Numbered from the stretch's first letter, positions 29,544 through 39,931 are shown. The stretch: 64,000 nt of DNA from Candidatus Atabeyarchaeum deiterrae (GCA_037310415.1 CP147780.1:2336001-2400000), one strand, 5' to 3'. The notes: generated by a model from the sequence alone, not told the origin. Made by a program: numbers and translations.

Positions 29544-30449
29544 GTGACTCATATGAAGATTGAAAATGTTAGGAAGATTGCTGTTCTTGGCTCTGGCATA
29601 ATGGGAACCGGCATAGCGGAAGCGGCTGCAAAAGCTGGTTATTCTGTTGCGATGACTGATGTCTCCGAAGAACTGGTCAAGCTTGGGATTGAGACTATAA
29701 AGACAAGTTTGAACAGGATTGTTAACAAGGGTAAGATAAGTAAAGCAGATGCAGATGCCGCGCTGTCAAGGATCAAGGGAACAACCAACATGAAGGAAGC
29801 GGTAAAAGATTCGAATGTGGTAATTGAGGCGATAAGCGAAGATATCACCCTGAAGAAGCGAGTCTTCAACGAATTGGATCAGATCTGCCCCAAGGAGACA
29901 GTCATTGCTTCAAACACATCTGCCATAATGATAACGGATCTCGCTTCGGCAACAAAGAGAGGAGACAGGTTCATCGGGATGCACTTCTTCAGTCCTGCGC
30001 AGATCATGAAACTCGTCGAGATTATCAGAGGAACAGAAACGTCAGAAGAAACATATCAACTGACAAAGGATCTTTCAGTCAAAATGGGCAAGGTACCCAT
30101 TGCCGTAAATGATTCGCCAGGCTTCTTCACGACAAGATATATCACAGCCTGTGCCGCTGAAGCCGTTAGACTTTTCGAGAGCGGAATAGCCGGTATAAAG
30201 GATATAGACACAATGTGTAAGCTTGCGTTCAACTTCCCTACCGGACCTATTGAGTTGGCAGATTTCGTGGGTTTGGACACAATGCTCCATGTACTAGAAT
30301 ATCTTTTTGCGGAGACTGGAGACGCCCATTACGCGCCCCCGCTGATTGTAAAGAAGCTGGTCAAATCTGGATTCAAGGGGTTCAAACCAGGGTCAAAAGG
30401 AGGATTCTATGAGTATTTCAAAATAAAGAGAGAACCGCTACTGAAGTAG
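29544..30449 (+). CDS. hbd: 3-hydroxyacyl-CoA (3-hydroxybutyryl-CoA) dehydrogenase
   Basis: GSGIMGTGIA, IEAISE, ASNTS, GMHFFSP, GPIELADFVGLD. Confidence 0.93.
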   Translation: MTHMKIENVRKIAVLGSGIMGTGIAEAAAKAGYSVAMTDVSEELVKLGIETIKTSLNRIVNKGKISKADADAALSRIKGTTNMKEAVKDSNVVIEAISEDITLKKRVFNELDQICPKETVIASNTSAIMITDLASATKRGDRFIGMHFFSPAQIMKLVEIIRGTETSEETYQLTKDLSVKMGKVPIAVNDSPGFFTTRYITACAAEAVRLFESGIAGIKDIDTMCKLAFNFPTGPIELADFVGLDTMLHVLEYLFAETGDAHYAPPLIVKKLVKSGFKGFKPGSKGGFYEYFKIKREPLLK

Positions 30450-30492
30450 TGCAGCTCTTCTCTTACTGGATTCCCTTTTTTGTCGCAACGCG

Positions 30493-31650
30493 TTAGTGGC
30501 CTTTGATGTATCGGAGAACATCCTTGAGTATCTCTAGTGATTCCTTGTTCTTCACGGGTTCTATCATACCCGTCATGTTCCAAAAGACAATATGCTGCAA
30601 CCCCGCTTTAGCAAGTTTTTCTACGTTTCCGATGATTTCGTCCTTAGTGCCGTGAACCAAGCAAAACCCGACGGCTTTCTCAGGCACCTTCTTCATTGCT
30701 TCAAGCATCTGCGCTCTTGTGTATCTTGTTGGAATAAACTGGGTTAGGACGTTGAACTTCTGTCCCGGAGATGAGAAAGGGTGCCTGACCATGGCGGCAT
30801 CGAAAGCTCCCTCTTCTGATGTTGCCAGTGTCCAAGCTTTGGCTAGGGGCTTTTTGAATAGCTCGTGGCATTCATCATGAGTCTTAGCGACGAGTATCAT
30901 TGCGTAGAGACCAGCTGTAATCGAGTCAGGGTCGCGATCAACCTTTTTCGCTGCGTCATGAATAATCCCGAGATTCTTTCTGTACAGATCGTCAGCGTTG
31001 GGTACGTTGACGCCGACAGGTAGCCATCCGTCTGCGAGTTCGCCCGTGATCCTCAGCATCCTAGGACCCATGGCTCCAAGCCAGATCGGCGGATACTTAC
31101 CTTTCTTGTAAGGCTCAAGAGTCAGGACGGCGTCTTTTAGTGATGTGAACTTTCCTTGGAAGTCCTTTTTCTTGACTTGGTCAGACCAAAGCAACCGAAT
31201 GATTCTCAGGTTCTCCTCAAGCTTCGACACAGGGCAACTGAAGTCCATGCCGTATGGCTCGACGTTTTCTATTTCACCTGCGCCTAGACCAAGGATTGTT
31301 CTGCCTCCGCTTATGTGGTCCAGGGTCAGCGCTGTCTGCGCGACAACAGCAGGATGTCTTCTTATTGTTTCAGTGACGCTGGTTCCGAGAGTTATCTTGC
31401 TTGTGGCAGTTGCATGTGCTGCCATTAGAACAAGCGGGTCAGGAAACGTATGAGGGGAATTCTGAAACATCGCCAATGGGGTTATGTCTGGTGTCCAAAT
31501 CGTCTCAGAAAGCCAGCCCATTAGGTGATCAGGGTACCACATCGAGTCATAGCCAAGTTCCTCTATTCTCTTGGCGGACTGCACTGATTTGTCATAAGGG
31601 AAGACAAACGGAGCGAGAGTTCCGACTTTTACCTCGTGGATGTCTACCAT
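30493..31650 (-). CDS. LLM-class (luciferase-like) flavin/F420-dependent oxidoreductase
   Basis: GYDSMWYPDH, LGTSVT, TLDHISGGR.ILGLGAGE, GPRML..TGELADGW. Confidence 0.92.
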   Translation of the reverse strand: MVDIHEVKVGTLAPFVFPYDKSVQSAKRIEELGYDSMWYPDHLMGWLSETIWTPDITPLAMFQNSPHTFPDPLVLMAAHATATSKITLGTSVTETIRRHPAVVAQTALTLDHISGGRTILGLGAGEIENVEPYGMDFSCPVSKLEENLRIIRLLWSDQVKKKDFQGKFTSLKDAVLTLEPYKKGKYPPIWLGAMGPRMLRITGELADGWLPVGVNVPNADDLYRKNLGIIHDAAKKVDRDPDSITAGLYAMILVAKTHDECHELFKKPLAKAWTLATSEEGAFDAAMVRHPFSSPGQKFNVLTQFIPTRYTRAQMLEAMKKVPEKAVGFCLVHGTKDEIIGNVEKLAKAGLQHIVFWNMTGMIEPVKNKESLEILKDVLRYIKGH

Positions 31651-31867
31651 TTCATTTCTTCACCACTTAGGCATTCAACTATGAGCTATGTTCTTGAATA
31701 AGTTCAGTAACTCGTCTATTCAGTTCTTCTACTTAAAATTACTCACAACCAAAAACTGGCTTCCCATGAAGCATCTGAGTGGAAGATTTAGCGGAAGACC
31801 AGATCGTGTTTGCTTCATTCATAATTGCGGTTGATGCTTGTAGGCAATGCATGTCTCAAGTCAACAT

Positions 31868-31966
31868 TCATGAAAACAAGGGGGGGAGCGGTGGGGGTTG
31901 AGGCTGCAGTGGACCTGGGTGGAGTGGGGTTGGGGGATCTGGCACTGGGTCAAATGGGTTTGGCAT
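31868..31966 (-). CDS. Unannotated 32-aa proline-rich small protein
   Basis: ATG 4 bp after HtrA stop; MPNPFDPVPDPPTPLHPGPLQPQPPPLPPLFS*; 15/32 Pro. Confidence 0.55.
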   Translation of the reverse strand: MPNPFDPVPDPPTPLHPGPLQPQPPPLPPLFS

Positions 31967-31970
31967 TTGC

Positions 31971-32912
31971 TTAATCACTGTCTTCAGTCTTTGCTGAACT
32001 TGGCGTTATCGTGAACTCCACGATCTTTTCCCCACGTAGCACTGCAATCTTGGTTTTCTTTCCCACTACTTCCTCGCTGAGCAGATTCGGCAACTCAGAT
32101 ACGTCTCTGATTGGTTTGTCATTGAATCGAACTATGATATCGCCGAAAGCGATGCCTGCTTTCTTGGCAGGACTGTCATGCTCAACCTTCAACACCATTA
32201 CCGCTGTTTCCTGATCTAGCTTTGTTTCTTCGGCAACTTCCTCTGGTATCGGAATTGTGTTCATGAATATGCCTAGATATGCTCTCTTGACTTCTCCGCC
32301 TTTCATCAGTCTTTCAACAATGGCTTTCACTGTGCTGATTGGGATTGCGATCCCTCTGGACCATGCGTAGGCCGTGTTCATTCCTATCATTCTGCCCGAG
32401 GCATCGATAAGCGGACCTCCTGAGTAACCAGGGTTTAGTCTAGCGTCAGTTATGATTACGTTCTCCATATTCATTCCTCGCATTCCTCTTAGCGTAGTCC
32501 TAGTGTTTGTGACTATGCCTGAGGTTGCCGCAGGCTTCCTGTTGAAAGGATTCGCAAGTGCGAGAACGAATTCTCCTACGTTTATTCTCTCAGAGTCTCC
32601 AGTCTCAATAGCTTTGAATGATTCGCCTTCGATCTTCAAGAGTGCTATGTCAGAGTAGGGGTCACGACCGACTACTTTCGCATCTACCATGTTGCCGTCT
32701 CCGAGACCAACTTTTGTGTTGCGGGATTTGTGCACAACATGGCTAGCTGTAACGATATACCCATCAGCGCTCCATAGTACGCCAGTTCCTCCACCCATGC
32801 CAGAGTGAACACTGACCACTGATGGTGATGCTCTGCTAACCACATCCACCGTCGCATCAGATATTGACCTTAGAATCTCTAACGATGAAACCTCACTGTT
32901 CATATTCTTCAC
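31971..32912 (-). CDS. HtrA/DegP-like trypsin serine protease with one PDZ domain, no signal peptide
   Basis: VTASHVV, DIALLK, NPGYSGGPL triad motifs; RAYLGI...SPAKKAGIAFGDII PDZ. Confidence 0.93.
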   Translation of the reverse strand: MKNMNSEVSSLEILRSISDATVDVVSRASPSVVSVHSGMGGGTGVLWSADGYIVTASHVVHKSRNTKVGLGDGNMVDAKVVGRDPYSDIALLKIEGESFKAIETGDSERINVGEFVLALANPFNRKPAATSGIVTNTRTTLRGMRGMNMENVIITDARLNPGYSGGPLIDASGRMIGMNTAYAWSRGIAIPISTVKAIVERLMKGGEVKRAYLGIFMNTIPIPEEVAEETKLDQETAVMVLKVEHDSPAKKAGIAFGDIIVRFNDKPIRDVSELPNLLSEEVVGKKTKIAVLRGEKIVEFTITPSSAKTEDSD

Positions 32913-32969
32913 CTCCCATGCATAGATCGTGTCGGCGCTATTTGTTGACTAGGAAAAGGAGAAAGTCAG

Positions 32970-33599
32970 TCACATCCACATCATCGTCGAGTTTGCGCCG
33001 AAGTAGGTGAAGAAAGCAACGTGCTGAACCCTTCCAGACCTTGAGTACATCTTGGAGATGTATCCCATGAGTTGGTAAGACGCCAAAAGGGCATCGTTCA
33101 TATTATTGCCAGATAGCATCTTTGCTTCGATGCTGAGCGCACCGTCGGAAAAGTCAGCGTCTAACTGGATTCCGCCGTCCTCAGTAATCCACTTTAGTGT
33201 GATGCTCTCACCATTCTCTGCAAAGCCAAACCAACGAAGTGTCCCAAACCATTTTCCAGCAAGATCCTTGATAACCTGCTTTACTGGAACATCAGGCGGG
33301 AGTAGTGTTTGAAGCAAAGGCAGATTCTCCTGTTTTTTGCCCAATGGTTGTAGTCTGGGGGATTTTGCTGCCTTTGAGGTTACCCTGTAACCGTCAACTT
33401 GCTTTTCCAGCATCCCTTGTTCTTCTAGTCTGCTCAAAGCCCTGGAGAGTGTCTCAGGATGCACTCCTAGTCTCCGCTTCAAGCCGTCAAAGGTAAATCG
33501 CGTTAGGGACTCATCACTAATCAAGTCAAGGACATTTGTGTCCCATTCGCTAAGCGATAAGTCGGGAATGTAAGGCATCTCATTATTCACTATTGTCAT
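32970..33599 (-). CDS. Winged-helix domain protein
   Basis: FDGLKRRLGVHPETLSRALSRLEEQG..EK..DGYRVT. Confidence 0.75.
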   Translation of the reverse strand: MTIVNNEMPYIPDLSLSEWDTNVLDLISDESLTRFTFDGLKRRLGVHPETLSRALSRLEEQGMLEKQVDGYRVTSKAAKSPRLQPLGKKQENLPLLQTLLPPDVPVKQVIKDLAGKWFGTLRWFGFAENGESITLKWITEDGGIQLDADFSDGALSIEAKMLSGNNMNDALLASYQLMGYISKMYSRSGRVQHVAFFTYFGANSTMMWM

Positions 33600-33894
33600 C
33601 TCTTCTTATAGATCTTAAATCATTTTCCTTCTCCGAATCTAATTCTGTACATACACACCCTTTCAATTAACGCCATGTGTGTTGCGATTCAAACTCTCAA
33701 TGGTCTACTATTTGGCGTGTCTTCGTACAAACCCTTGAGGAATGTGTTTCATGGCGTGAAAAACAAGCACTGATCTAAGATTCTATCAACACCAACTTCA
33801 AGGCTACCAGAAAAATGTTCCAACAAGACTTTCGAGACTATCTTTAAATGCTTCTGAGGTTTGATGTGGTCAAGAAGCTATCCGAGATGATAAA

Positions 33895-34353
33895 ATGTCA
33901 GAACAGAAGAAATTCTCAGAGGAAGACCACAAGAAGTTTGCAAAAGCCCTGTTTAATCTCACTTGGGATCTTCTAGACAAGAAGGATAGAACTAAAGAAG
34001 ACAACGACAAGATGATTCATGCTGCTCATGCCTCTCGTTTTCACTGGGGAGAGATAGGGGAACCACTGCAATTTGAAAGAGGAGAATGGCAGATTTCCCG
34101 TGTATATTCAGTCCTGAAGAGAAGTGAACCAGCGCTGTATCATGCTCAGAGGTGCATGGAGATCTGCAAAGAGAACAACATCGGAGACTTTGACATCGCC
34201 TTCGCCTATGAAGCCATGGCCAAGGGAAACGCCGTGGCGCAAAAGAAAGCTGAATGCAAGAAGTACCTTGACCTAGCAAAGAAGGCTGGCGAGCAGATCA
34301 AGAAGAAAGAGGATAGAGATTATTTCATGGGCGAACTTCAAACGATCACGTGA
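33895..34353 (+). CDS. Conserved hypothetical all-helical (TPR-like) protein
   Basis: FN.TW.LL, MIHAAHASRFHW, RGEWQISRVY, AFAYEA. Confidence 0.7.
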   Translation: MSEQKKFSEEDHKKFAKALFNLTWDLLDKKDRTKEDNDKMIHAAHASRFHWGEIGEPLQFERGEWQISRVYSVLKRSEPALYHAQRCMEICKENNIGDFDIAFAYEAMAKGNAVAQKKAECKKYLDLAKKAGEQIKKKEDRDYFMGELQTIT

Positions 34354-34397
34354 TGAGACAAGAAGACCCGACGGTGCCGACGTTTCCTACCATATTC

Positions 34398-35363
34398 TTA
34401 TCCTCTGAATATCTTGTACATAGGGTGCTCTCTGGTCAATGGGTCGATCTTGTATTCTTGCCTCATGGCGTGTGCAACATACGCATCCGCTAGCCCGCAG
34501 TAGAAGTATGCTTCATGTGCACTTTCTATAGGTCCGTAGAGTGAGAAGCTTGCTCCCATAATTATCGGGAGAATGTTTGCCACTGTACTCGCCATTAAGT
34601 GCTGTTCTGGTTCAAGTTTGCGTCTTTTTCTCCACATGTTGACGGCGTTGTGCGTTCCAGCTCCTGCGGGCAGGCCATATTTCTCCTTTACTAAGTATGC
34701 AGCTTTGCTAACCGGGCCAGGATCAGGTATGTCGATATTCGCTGTATCCACGAGTATGTTCTCGATGCCTGCTCTGCGGGCGATCGGAAGTAATTCATCC
34801 AGGGCTTGAATCCTTCCTAGTACTGTGGGGTTTTTCGTGTTAAGCGCCAAGAGAATTGAGGATTTCACTCCCGCTTCTTTGAGCGCAGTAATCTCCTCCT
34901 GGGTGGCCCTTGGAGCTATCGAGTTATATACAGCTCGATTCGATAGGCCAACTTCTTTAACATAATTCAGCCCGGCGATCCTTACTTGATCATTGATTCC
35001 GTCCAGAGTGAATGGTCCTTCAATGGTGCTCGCTACGAAGTCTATAAGTCTTGGAAATGCCTGGGGAGCTGAGGCACACACGTCCACTATCCGGGGGTTA
35101 CCTGTCCTCCGCGACAGGTCTTCTTCATTTCTAAGCAGCGTCTCGGCCGCTTCTCTGTCGAATTCGCCAGTTTTATCATCTTTCAATAGTTTCTGCTTGA
35201 AATAGAAAATGCTTCCTATCATAACAGTAGGGTTCTGGCCCGGCTGACCGCCGACTTTCACGCCAGATATGTCAAAGATGCTCTGTTCTTTACTGAACTT
35301 GAACACAGCTGCAACCTCCATACTTTTCGTTAGAACCATCCTCTCTTCGGCAGATGGCATCAT
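34398..35363 (-). CDS. mtrH: MtrH/MtgA-like methyl-corrinoid:tetrahydropterin methyltransferase
   Basis: FSKEQ...I.GVKVGGQPGQNPTVMIGSIFY, YNSI, GLPAG.G.HNA, LYGPIE. Confidence 0.9.
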   Translation of the reverse strand: MMPSAEERMVLTKSMEVAAVFKFSKEQSIFDISGVKVGGQPGQNPTVMIGSIFYFKQKLLKDDKTGEFDREAAETLLRNEEDLSRRTGNPRIVDVCASAPQAFPRLIDFVASTIEGPFTLDGINDQVRIAGLNYVKEVGLSNRAVYNSIAPRATQEEITALKEAGVKSSILLALNTKNPTVLGRIQALDELLPIARRAGIENILVDTANIDIPDPGPVSKAAYLVKEKYGLPAGAGTHNAVNMWRKRRKLEPEQHLMASTVANILPIIMGASFSLYGPIESAHEAYFYCGLADAYVAHAMRQEYKIDPLTREHPMYKIFRG

Positions 35364-35500
35364 TTTACTAGCGCGCGTTGTGAAATCTTTTTCATTAGAT
35401 TAACTTGGTTTGTCATTTGTCCAAAATGCTATATAATAGGTTAATAATGGTCAGCATACTATATAGGAGTCGCCTGAAGCGTCGTGGGTGTGTACCTAGC

Positions 35501-36520
35501 ATGAGGTTTGACCTTATTGGGATCGGAGTACTGTTTGAGGACTTGCTCTTTGATACGAGGTCTAAACGTCGTCTCACGCAAGAGTTTGAGCACGACCAGC
35601 TTAACTTTGTATGTATTGAAGCTGGTGCCAAGACAGGTGTCATGCGTTTCACGAGAGCAACAGGAGGTTCCTCGGCAAATCTCATCTGCAGTGCCTCTAG
35701 GCTCGGCAATTACAACTTAGGATATTTCACCAAACTGAGTGATGATCCAGTCTCCAAGTGGCTTATTGAGGATCTTCAAACCTTTGGAATCGACACTAGC
35801 GGAATAATAACCAAAAAGGATTTCATCGGCCCAGGTGCCAGCGCCATAATAACCGATCCAAGCACGAAGGACAGAAGTATCCTGATGTACCGCGGGATAG
35901 GTGATGAAATATACCCTGACGACGTTAGAGCAAAAGAGGACTACCTGGCTAACGCAGAATGGCATACTATAAGCAGCTTCTCCAACACGGACGCAATCAA
36001 AGCATTGAAAGACATAATCGAAATCGAGAGGAAAAACGGAATAGAACTATTCTTCGCGCCAAGCATGTCAATGATAAGCCCGTTGCTTGATGAAACGATA
36101 GAGATCGCGAGGGAAGCTTCCCTAATTACATTGAATGACACTGAAGCAAGAGTGCTAACTGGCAACAAAGACCTTCGCAAAGCCGCAGAGAAACTTCAAG
36201 ATCTGGGACCTGACTTCGTTCTCATCACCCGTGGAAGGGAAGGCATTCTTGCAGCGGACAAGAAGAAGGTCTATGCCGCGAACCAAACGTACAACGTTGA
36301 AGTAAGAAACACCGTAGGAGCGGGAGACGTATCAGGAGCAACTCTGTGGCATTATCTTCAGGAGGGACTTGAGAAACCAAGGATCATGCAGAAAGTACTC
36401 GCGGCGGGCGCGATGAAGGTACAGTTTACAGGAGCGAAAATAGGTCTACCGACTGAGAATGAAATAGATGAGTTCATCAAGGAAAGAGGGGAAATCCAAG
36501 TTCAGGTCTCAGAGAGATGA
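35501..36520 (+). CDS. PfkB/ribokinase family carbohydrate kinase
   Basis: GGSSAN, LNDTEA, ITRGREG, NTVGAGD; start reassigned to ATG 35501. Confidence 0.9.
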   Translation: MRFDLIGIGVLFEDLLFDTRSKRRLTQEFEHDQLNFVCIEAGAKTGVMRFTRATGGSSANLICSASRLGNYNLGYFTKLSDDPVSKWLIEDLQTFGIDTSGIITKKDFIGPGASAIITDPSTKDRSILMYRGIGDEIYPDDVRAKEDYLANAEWHTISSFSNTDAIKALKDIIEIERKNGIELFFAPSMSMISPLLDETIEIAREASLITLNDTEARVLTGNKDLRKAAEKLQDLGPDFVLITRGREGILAADKKKVYAANQTYNVEVRNTVGAGDVSGATLWHYLQEGLEKPRIMQKVLAAGAMKVQFTGAKIGLPTENEIDEFIKERGEIQVQVSER

Positions 36521-36527
36521 AGATTTC

Positions 36528-37304
36528 TCACTTTAGTGTCAAAGCATCAGCCAAACCCTTGTTTTCAATTACAATTGACCTCAGCTTCTCAGCCATCTTC
36601 AACGGCTCCTTGCTTTGCCAAACGTTTCTTCCGACTGCAATACCTGTCGCGCCAGCATCCATAACTTCCCGTACTTGTATCAAGAACTCTCTTTCAGTAT
36701 CAGCCTTTGGTCCCCCAGACATGAATACTCTAACTTTTCCAGCGCATTTCACAGCCCACCTGAAAGACTCAACGTCACCAGTGAATTTGATCTTCACTGC
36801 GTCGGCACCAACCTCGAGTCCAGCTCTTGCAGCATAGGCAATTATCTCCGGCGCAGTATCAACCTTGATCTTTGCGCCCCGAGGATACATCCAAGCCATA
36901 ACGGGCAGACCCGCTCTGTGTGACTCCTCGACGATCTTCCCGAGTTCTTGTAGCATTATGCTCTCATGAGCGCTACCAAGGTAGACCGTATAACCCACAG
37001 CCCTAGCCCCAAGTGAGATAGCCTCTTGAACCGAGCAGATCTGGCGTGATACGGGCTCGCCTTCCACGAGTTCAGTCTTGCCATTTAGTTTTACTATAAG
37101 AGGCACAGTGCCATCATAATATGCTTCAGCCACTCCTTTCTGGAAGACGATTCCATTAAAACCGCCTTTTGAAGCCAAATCCATGATAATCGATGGATCA
37201 ACTGATCTCTCGTCCAAGTCCCTTGGACCATGCTCCAAACCGTGATCATAAGCAAGTACCATACTTCGATCATTCGTCAAAAAACGCTTAAGCGGAACCT
37301 TCAT
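36528..37304 (-). CDS. Archaeal class I (DhnA-type) fructose-bisphosphate aldolase
   Basis: LAYDHGLEHGP, IVKLNG, WMYPRG, AYAAR..LE.GAD.VKIK, SGGPK, VGRNVWQ. Confidence 0.93.
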   Translation of the reverse strand: MKVPLKRFLTNDRSMVLAYDHGLEHGPRDLDERSVDPSIIMDLASKGGFNGIVFQKGVAEAYYDGTVPLIVKLNGKTELVEGEPVSRQICSVQEAISLGARAVGYTVYLGSAHESIMLQELGKIVEESHRAGLPVMAWMYPRGAKIKVDTAPEIIAYAARAGLEVGADAVKIKFTGDVESFRWAVKCAGKVRVFMSGGPKADTEREFLIQVREVMDAGATGIAVGRNVWQSKEPLKMAEKLRSIVIENKGLADALTLK

Positions 37305-37544
37305 TGATAAGCGACCTCCTCTTTGGAATGGAATAGTTAACGCTTCAAACTTACAACGAATATTCTAATTAATGTTTACTTTTAGTAATCGTCGTCCAGT
37401 TAATGATAGGTCCTTTTTCAGGGAAAGCTGATCGATTTGTTCAAACTTCTTGTCCTCTTTTTGAAGTTGCAGGCGTATCCCCAGGGATAAGGTCTCTTCA
37501 ACGTTACAGAGAACACCTAGATAGAAAAGACTGCATTACGCTCC

Positions 37545-37557
37545 AAAAAAAAGAAGG
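37545..37557 (-). terminator. Oligo-T terminator-like tract (CCTTCTTTTTTTT)
   Basis: T8 on - strand ~45 bp after 37598 stop; same motif follows the paralogue at 51809-51820. Confidence 0.45.
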
Positions 37558-37597
37558 GCTGGCGCGCGGCGCCATCTATATAGGAAACTCTATCCTC

Positions 37598-38284
37598 CTA
37601 CCTTCTTCGACTACTCTTCCCTCGCCTGATCAAAAGAACCAGACCAACTACCAATGCTATTATTGACACGCCCTCGATCAACGCGACAATTGTGAAGTCA
37701 AACGGAGCACTAGCGAAAGCCGTAGTTGATGTCAATGTCTCATTAACCCATCCAGTTGGTAAGGCGAAGTCACCTTTTACCACGAGGCCAGTCGCCTTAT
37801 CGAAATACATGTCAAAGTATGTTACCACGAGACCACCTCCAGTCGCATGGAGTACAGGTCTTGCCACACCAGCAACAATCATTGTTAGACTATCTGTTAC
37901 GTAGACGCCAAAAGCGGTGTCAGGGAGAACATTGTCGCCATTTGCGAAGTCTTTGCCCACAGCCCAGTAGAAGACTGCGAGATTGTAGCTTGCGCCACCG
38001 TAGCTGTCGACGCTCCAGTTAGCGTAATTACTCGAGTCAATTGCACCATTAGACTTAATGTTCGTTGCAACTAGGGCCACGTAAGATCCATATATGCCCC
38101 ATATCTGAACGTGGGTTTTGCTGTAGGTTAGAGGTGGGTTTCCAACGACACTATAGTCAGCTGTGACTCCGGTGCTCAGCCCTGATACGTAAGGCGGGGC
38201 CGCGGCCGCAGGCGAAGCTATTGTGACTGTAAGGATTACAAGCATTGATAGCATTGCAAGGGAAATTGCCATTCTTCTTCTCAT
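37598..38284 (-). CDS. Secreted, C-terminally membrane-anchored hypothetical protein
   Basis: Signal peptide, beta-rich domain with YFDKATGLVVK, C-terminal TM + basic tail; paralogue of 51846-52565. Confidence 0.78.
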   Translation of the reverse strand: MRRRMAISLAMLSMLVILTVTIASPAAAAPPYVSGLSTGVTADYSVVGNPPLTYSKTHVQIWGIYGSYVALVATNIKSNGAIDSSNYANWSVDSYGGASYNLAVFYWAVGKDFANGDNVLPDTAFGVYVTDSLTMIVAGVARPVLHATGGGLVVTYFDMYFDKATGLVVKGDFALPTGWVNETLTSTTAFASAPFDFTIVALIEGVSIIALVVGLVLLIRRGKSSRRR

Positions 38285-38616
38285 TCGGTTTACGCTCCTT
38301 TCTTATCTACTCATTCATACGTTAGGAATCATGCATGAGTGAGATAGGTATTTTACCCTCTGCTTGAGCCAAAAAGTGCGACATTTGATGAATAACCCGA
38401 AGAAAAGCGTCAACTCGCCAAGTGCCATAATGCATCGCGTATTCGAGAGGTATCCTGACCATCCAGATCGATTGCTTCGTCAAGCACAGAGAACCGATCC
38501 GCATGACGACAAAATCACAAGCAAGACAAAGGATAAGCGACTTCAAGGGATCCAGGCAGTTTGCCTTTCAGTTCCCTTTCGCGGAGTAGTTGAAGCTCGA
38601 CCAGGGCTTCGCATGG

Positions 38617-39519
38617 CTAATGTGTTCTTCTAAGCTCGTAGTTTGGAATCGCGTGCAGCGCTAACTCGATGATCAGCAAAACTATCGCTACCGGGATCAT
38701 TGCTGGGATCGCTATGTATATGTTGGCAATAAACAAGGTTATTAGAAACACTACGTGGAAGGTTAGCTGAATGATTGGCATTGGTAGTTCAACTCGGCTG
38801 CGTATTTTGAGCCCGCGGCGAATAGTGGAAGCAAGGACCATCAATGCAAAGACCGCTATCTGAATTGCAACTATAATCAGCCGTTGCACCTCGGTTGCGA
38901 ATAGCGTGGTAGCTATTATGAGGTAGACAATTAGGAAACCGTAGAGAGCAGAGTAGCATATTGGCGGTGCAATTAGCTGCAGCACCAGAAACCGTTTGTC
39001 CTTCTTCCTTTCAACGAGATGTCTTATCAGCCTTGTGTAGCTTGAGTAAATAGCTACGACAAACATCCAACCAAAGAAATTTCCTGCAGGGACGCCGAAC
39101 CATCCGTCTGTCAGTGCAATGGGCCAGCGCCAGAATCCGAGGCGGATTGCAACTGCGTCCATTGAAAGATCGATTAGAATAGCTTGGATGGCGTCGAAGA
39201 ATGGTTTCACTCTTTCGTCGAGACCATACGCATCTGAGATTGACATGGCGGAGTAGATTATCACGGCCCAGCCCAGACCTATTGCTAGCGGGGCTTGATC
39301 GAGAATTATCAGGAAATCTCTGCCGTAGACGTAGTAGCCTCCACTCAGAAGAACATTCAGTTCCTCAAGGAGAACGCCAAAGACGGCAGCCATTATGAGT
39401 TCAAGGAATCTCTGTTTGCTGTGTTTCACTTTGAGAGCGTGCCATGAACAGATGACGAACAGGGATATGCTCATGATTTCCATTCCGATGAAACTGAGTT
39501 GCATGCACACACACCCCAA
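38617..39519 (-). CDS. CruF/DUF422-like (carotenoid hydratase-like) membrane protein
   Basis: PLAIGLGW, IDLSMD.VA...GFW.W, GVPAGNFFGW. Confidence 0.72.
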   Translation of the reverse strand: MGCVCMQLSFIGMEIMSISLFVICSWHALKVKHSKQRFLELIMAAVFGVLLEELNVLLSGGYYVYGRDFLIILDQAPLAIGLGWAVIIYSAMSISDAYGLDERVKPFFDAIQAILIDLSMDAVAIRLGFWRWPIALTDGWFGVPAGNFFGWMFVVAIYSSYTRLIRHLVERKKDKRFLVLQLIAPPICYSALYGFLIVYLIIATTLFATEVQRLIIVAIQIAVFALMVLASTIRRGLKIRSRVELPMPIIQLTFHVVFLITLFIANIYIAIPAMIPVAIVLLIIELALHAIPNYELRRTH

Positions 39520-39931
39520 CGCAGTGCAATACTCTCAGCTTTCGAGAATTTAAGTCTTCTCGAATAATCACTTCAATCAGCATGTCTTGGGACGAGTCGA
39601 TCCGGGAAAAGGGAAGAAGAGTTAATAACCAGACTCAACGAATAAGTAGATGCATGAAATCACAAGCGTCCCTGAAGTGTTAGATCGAACCATTTAGGAA
39701 ATAAGGAACACACCACATGATGACTAATCAAGCAGATTGTTAAAGGCATAATTAGAACCTGAAAATGAGAAGTCTCCCAGAAAAAGGGAGTTCTGCAAAT
39801 ATAATTAGATAACGTTCAACATGTCGACACTGTTGGGGGGACAAGGGCTACAACCCATCTTAAGTTCAGTCCTTTGCACTAGATCTGAAGGTCGCGGAAG
39901 TTCGAAGGGGGCTTGTGCAGGTAGCTGGGAG

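Noticed and set aside
39678-39708. GTTAGATCGAACCATTTAGGAAATAAGGAAC loosely resembles an archaeal CRISPR repeat
   Set aside because: Single copy, no spacer periodicity, no cas genes in the window.
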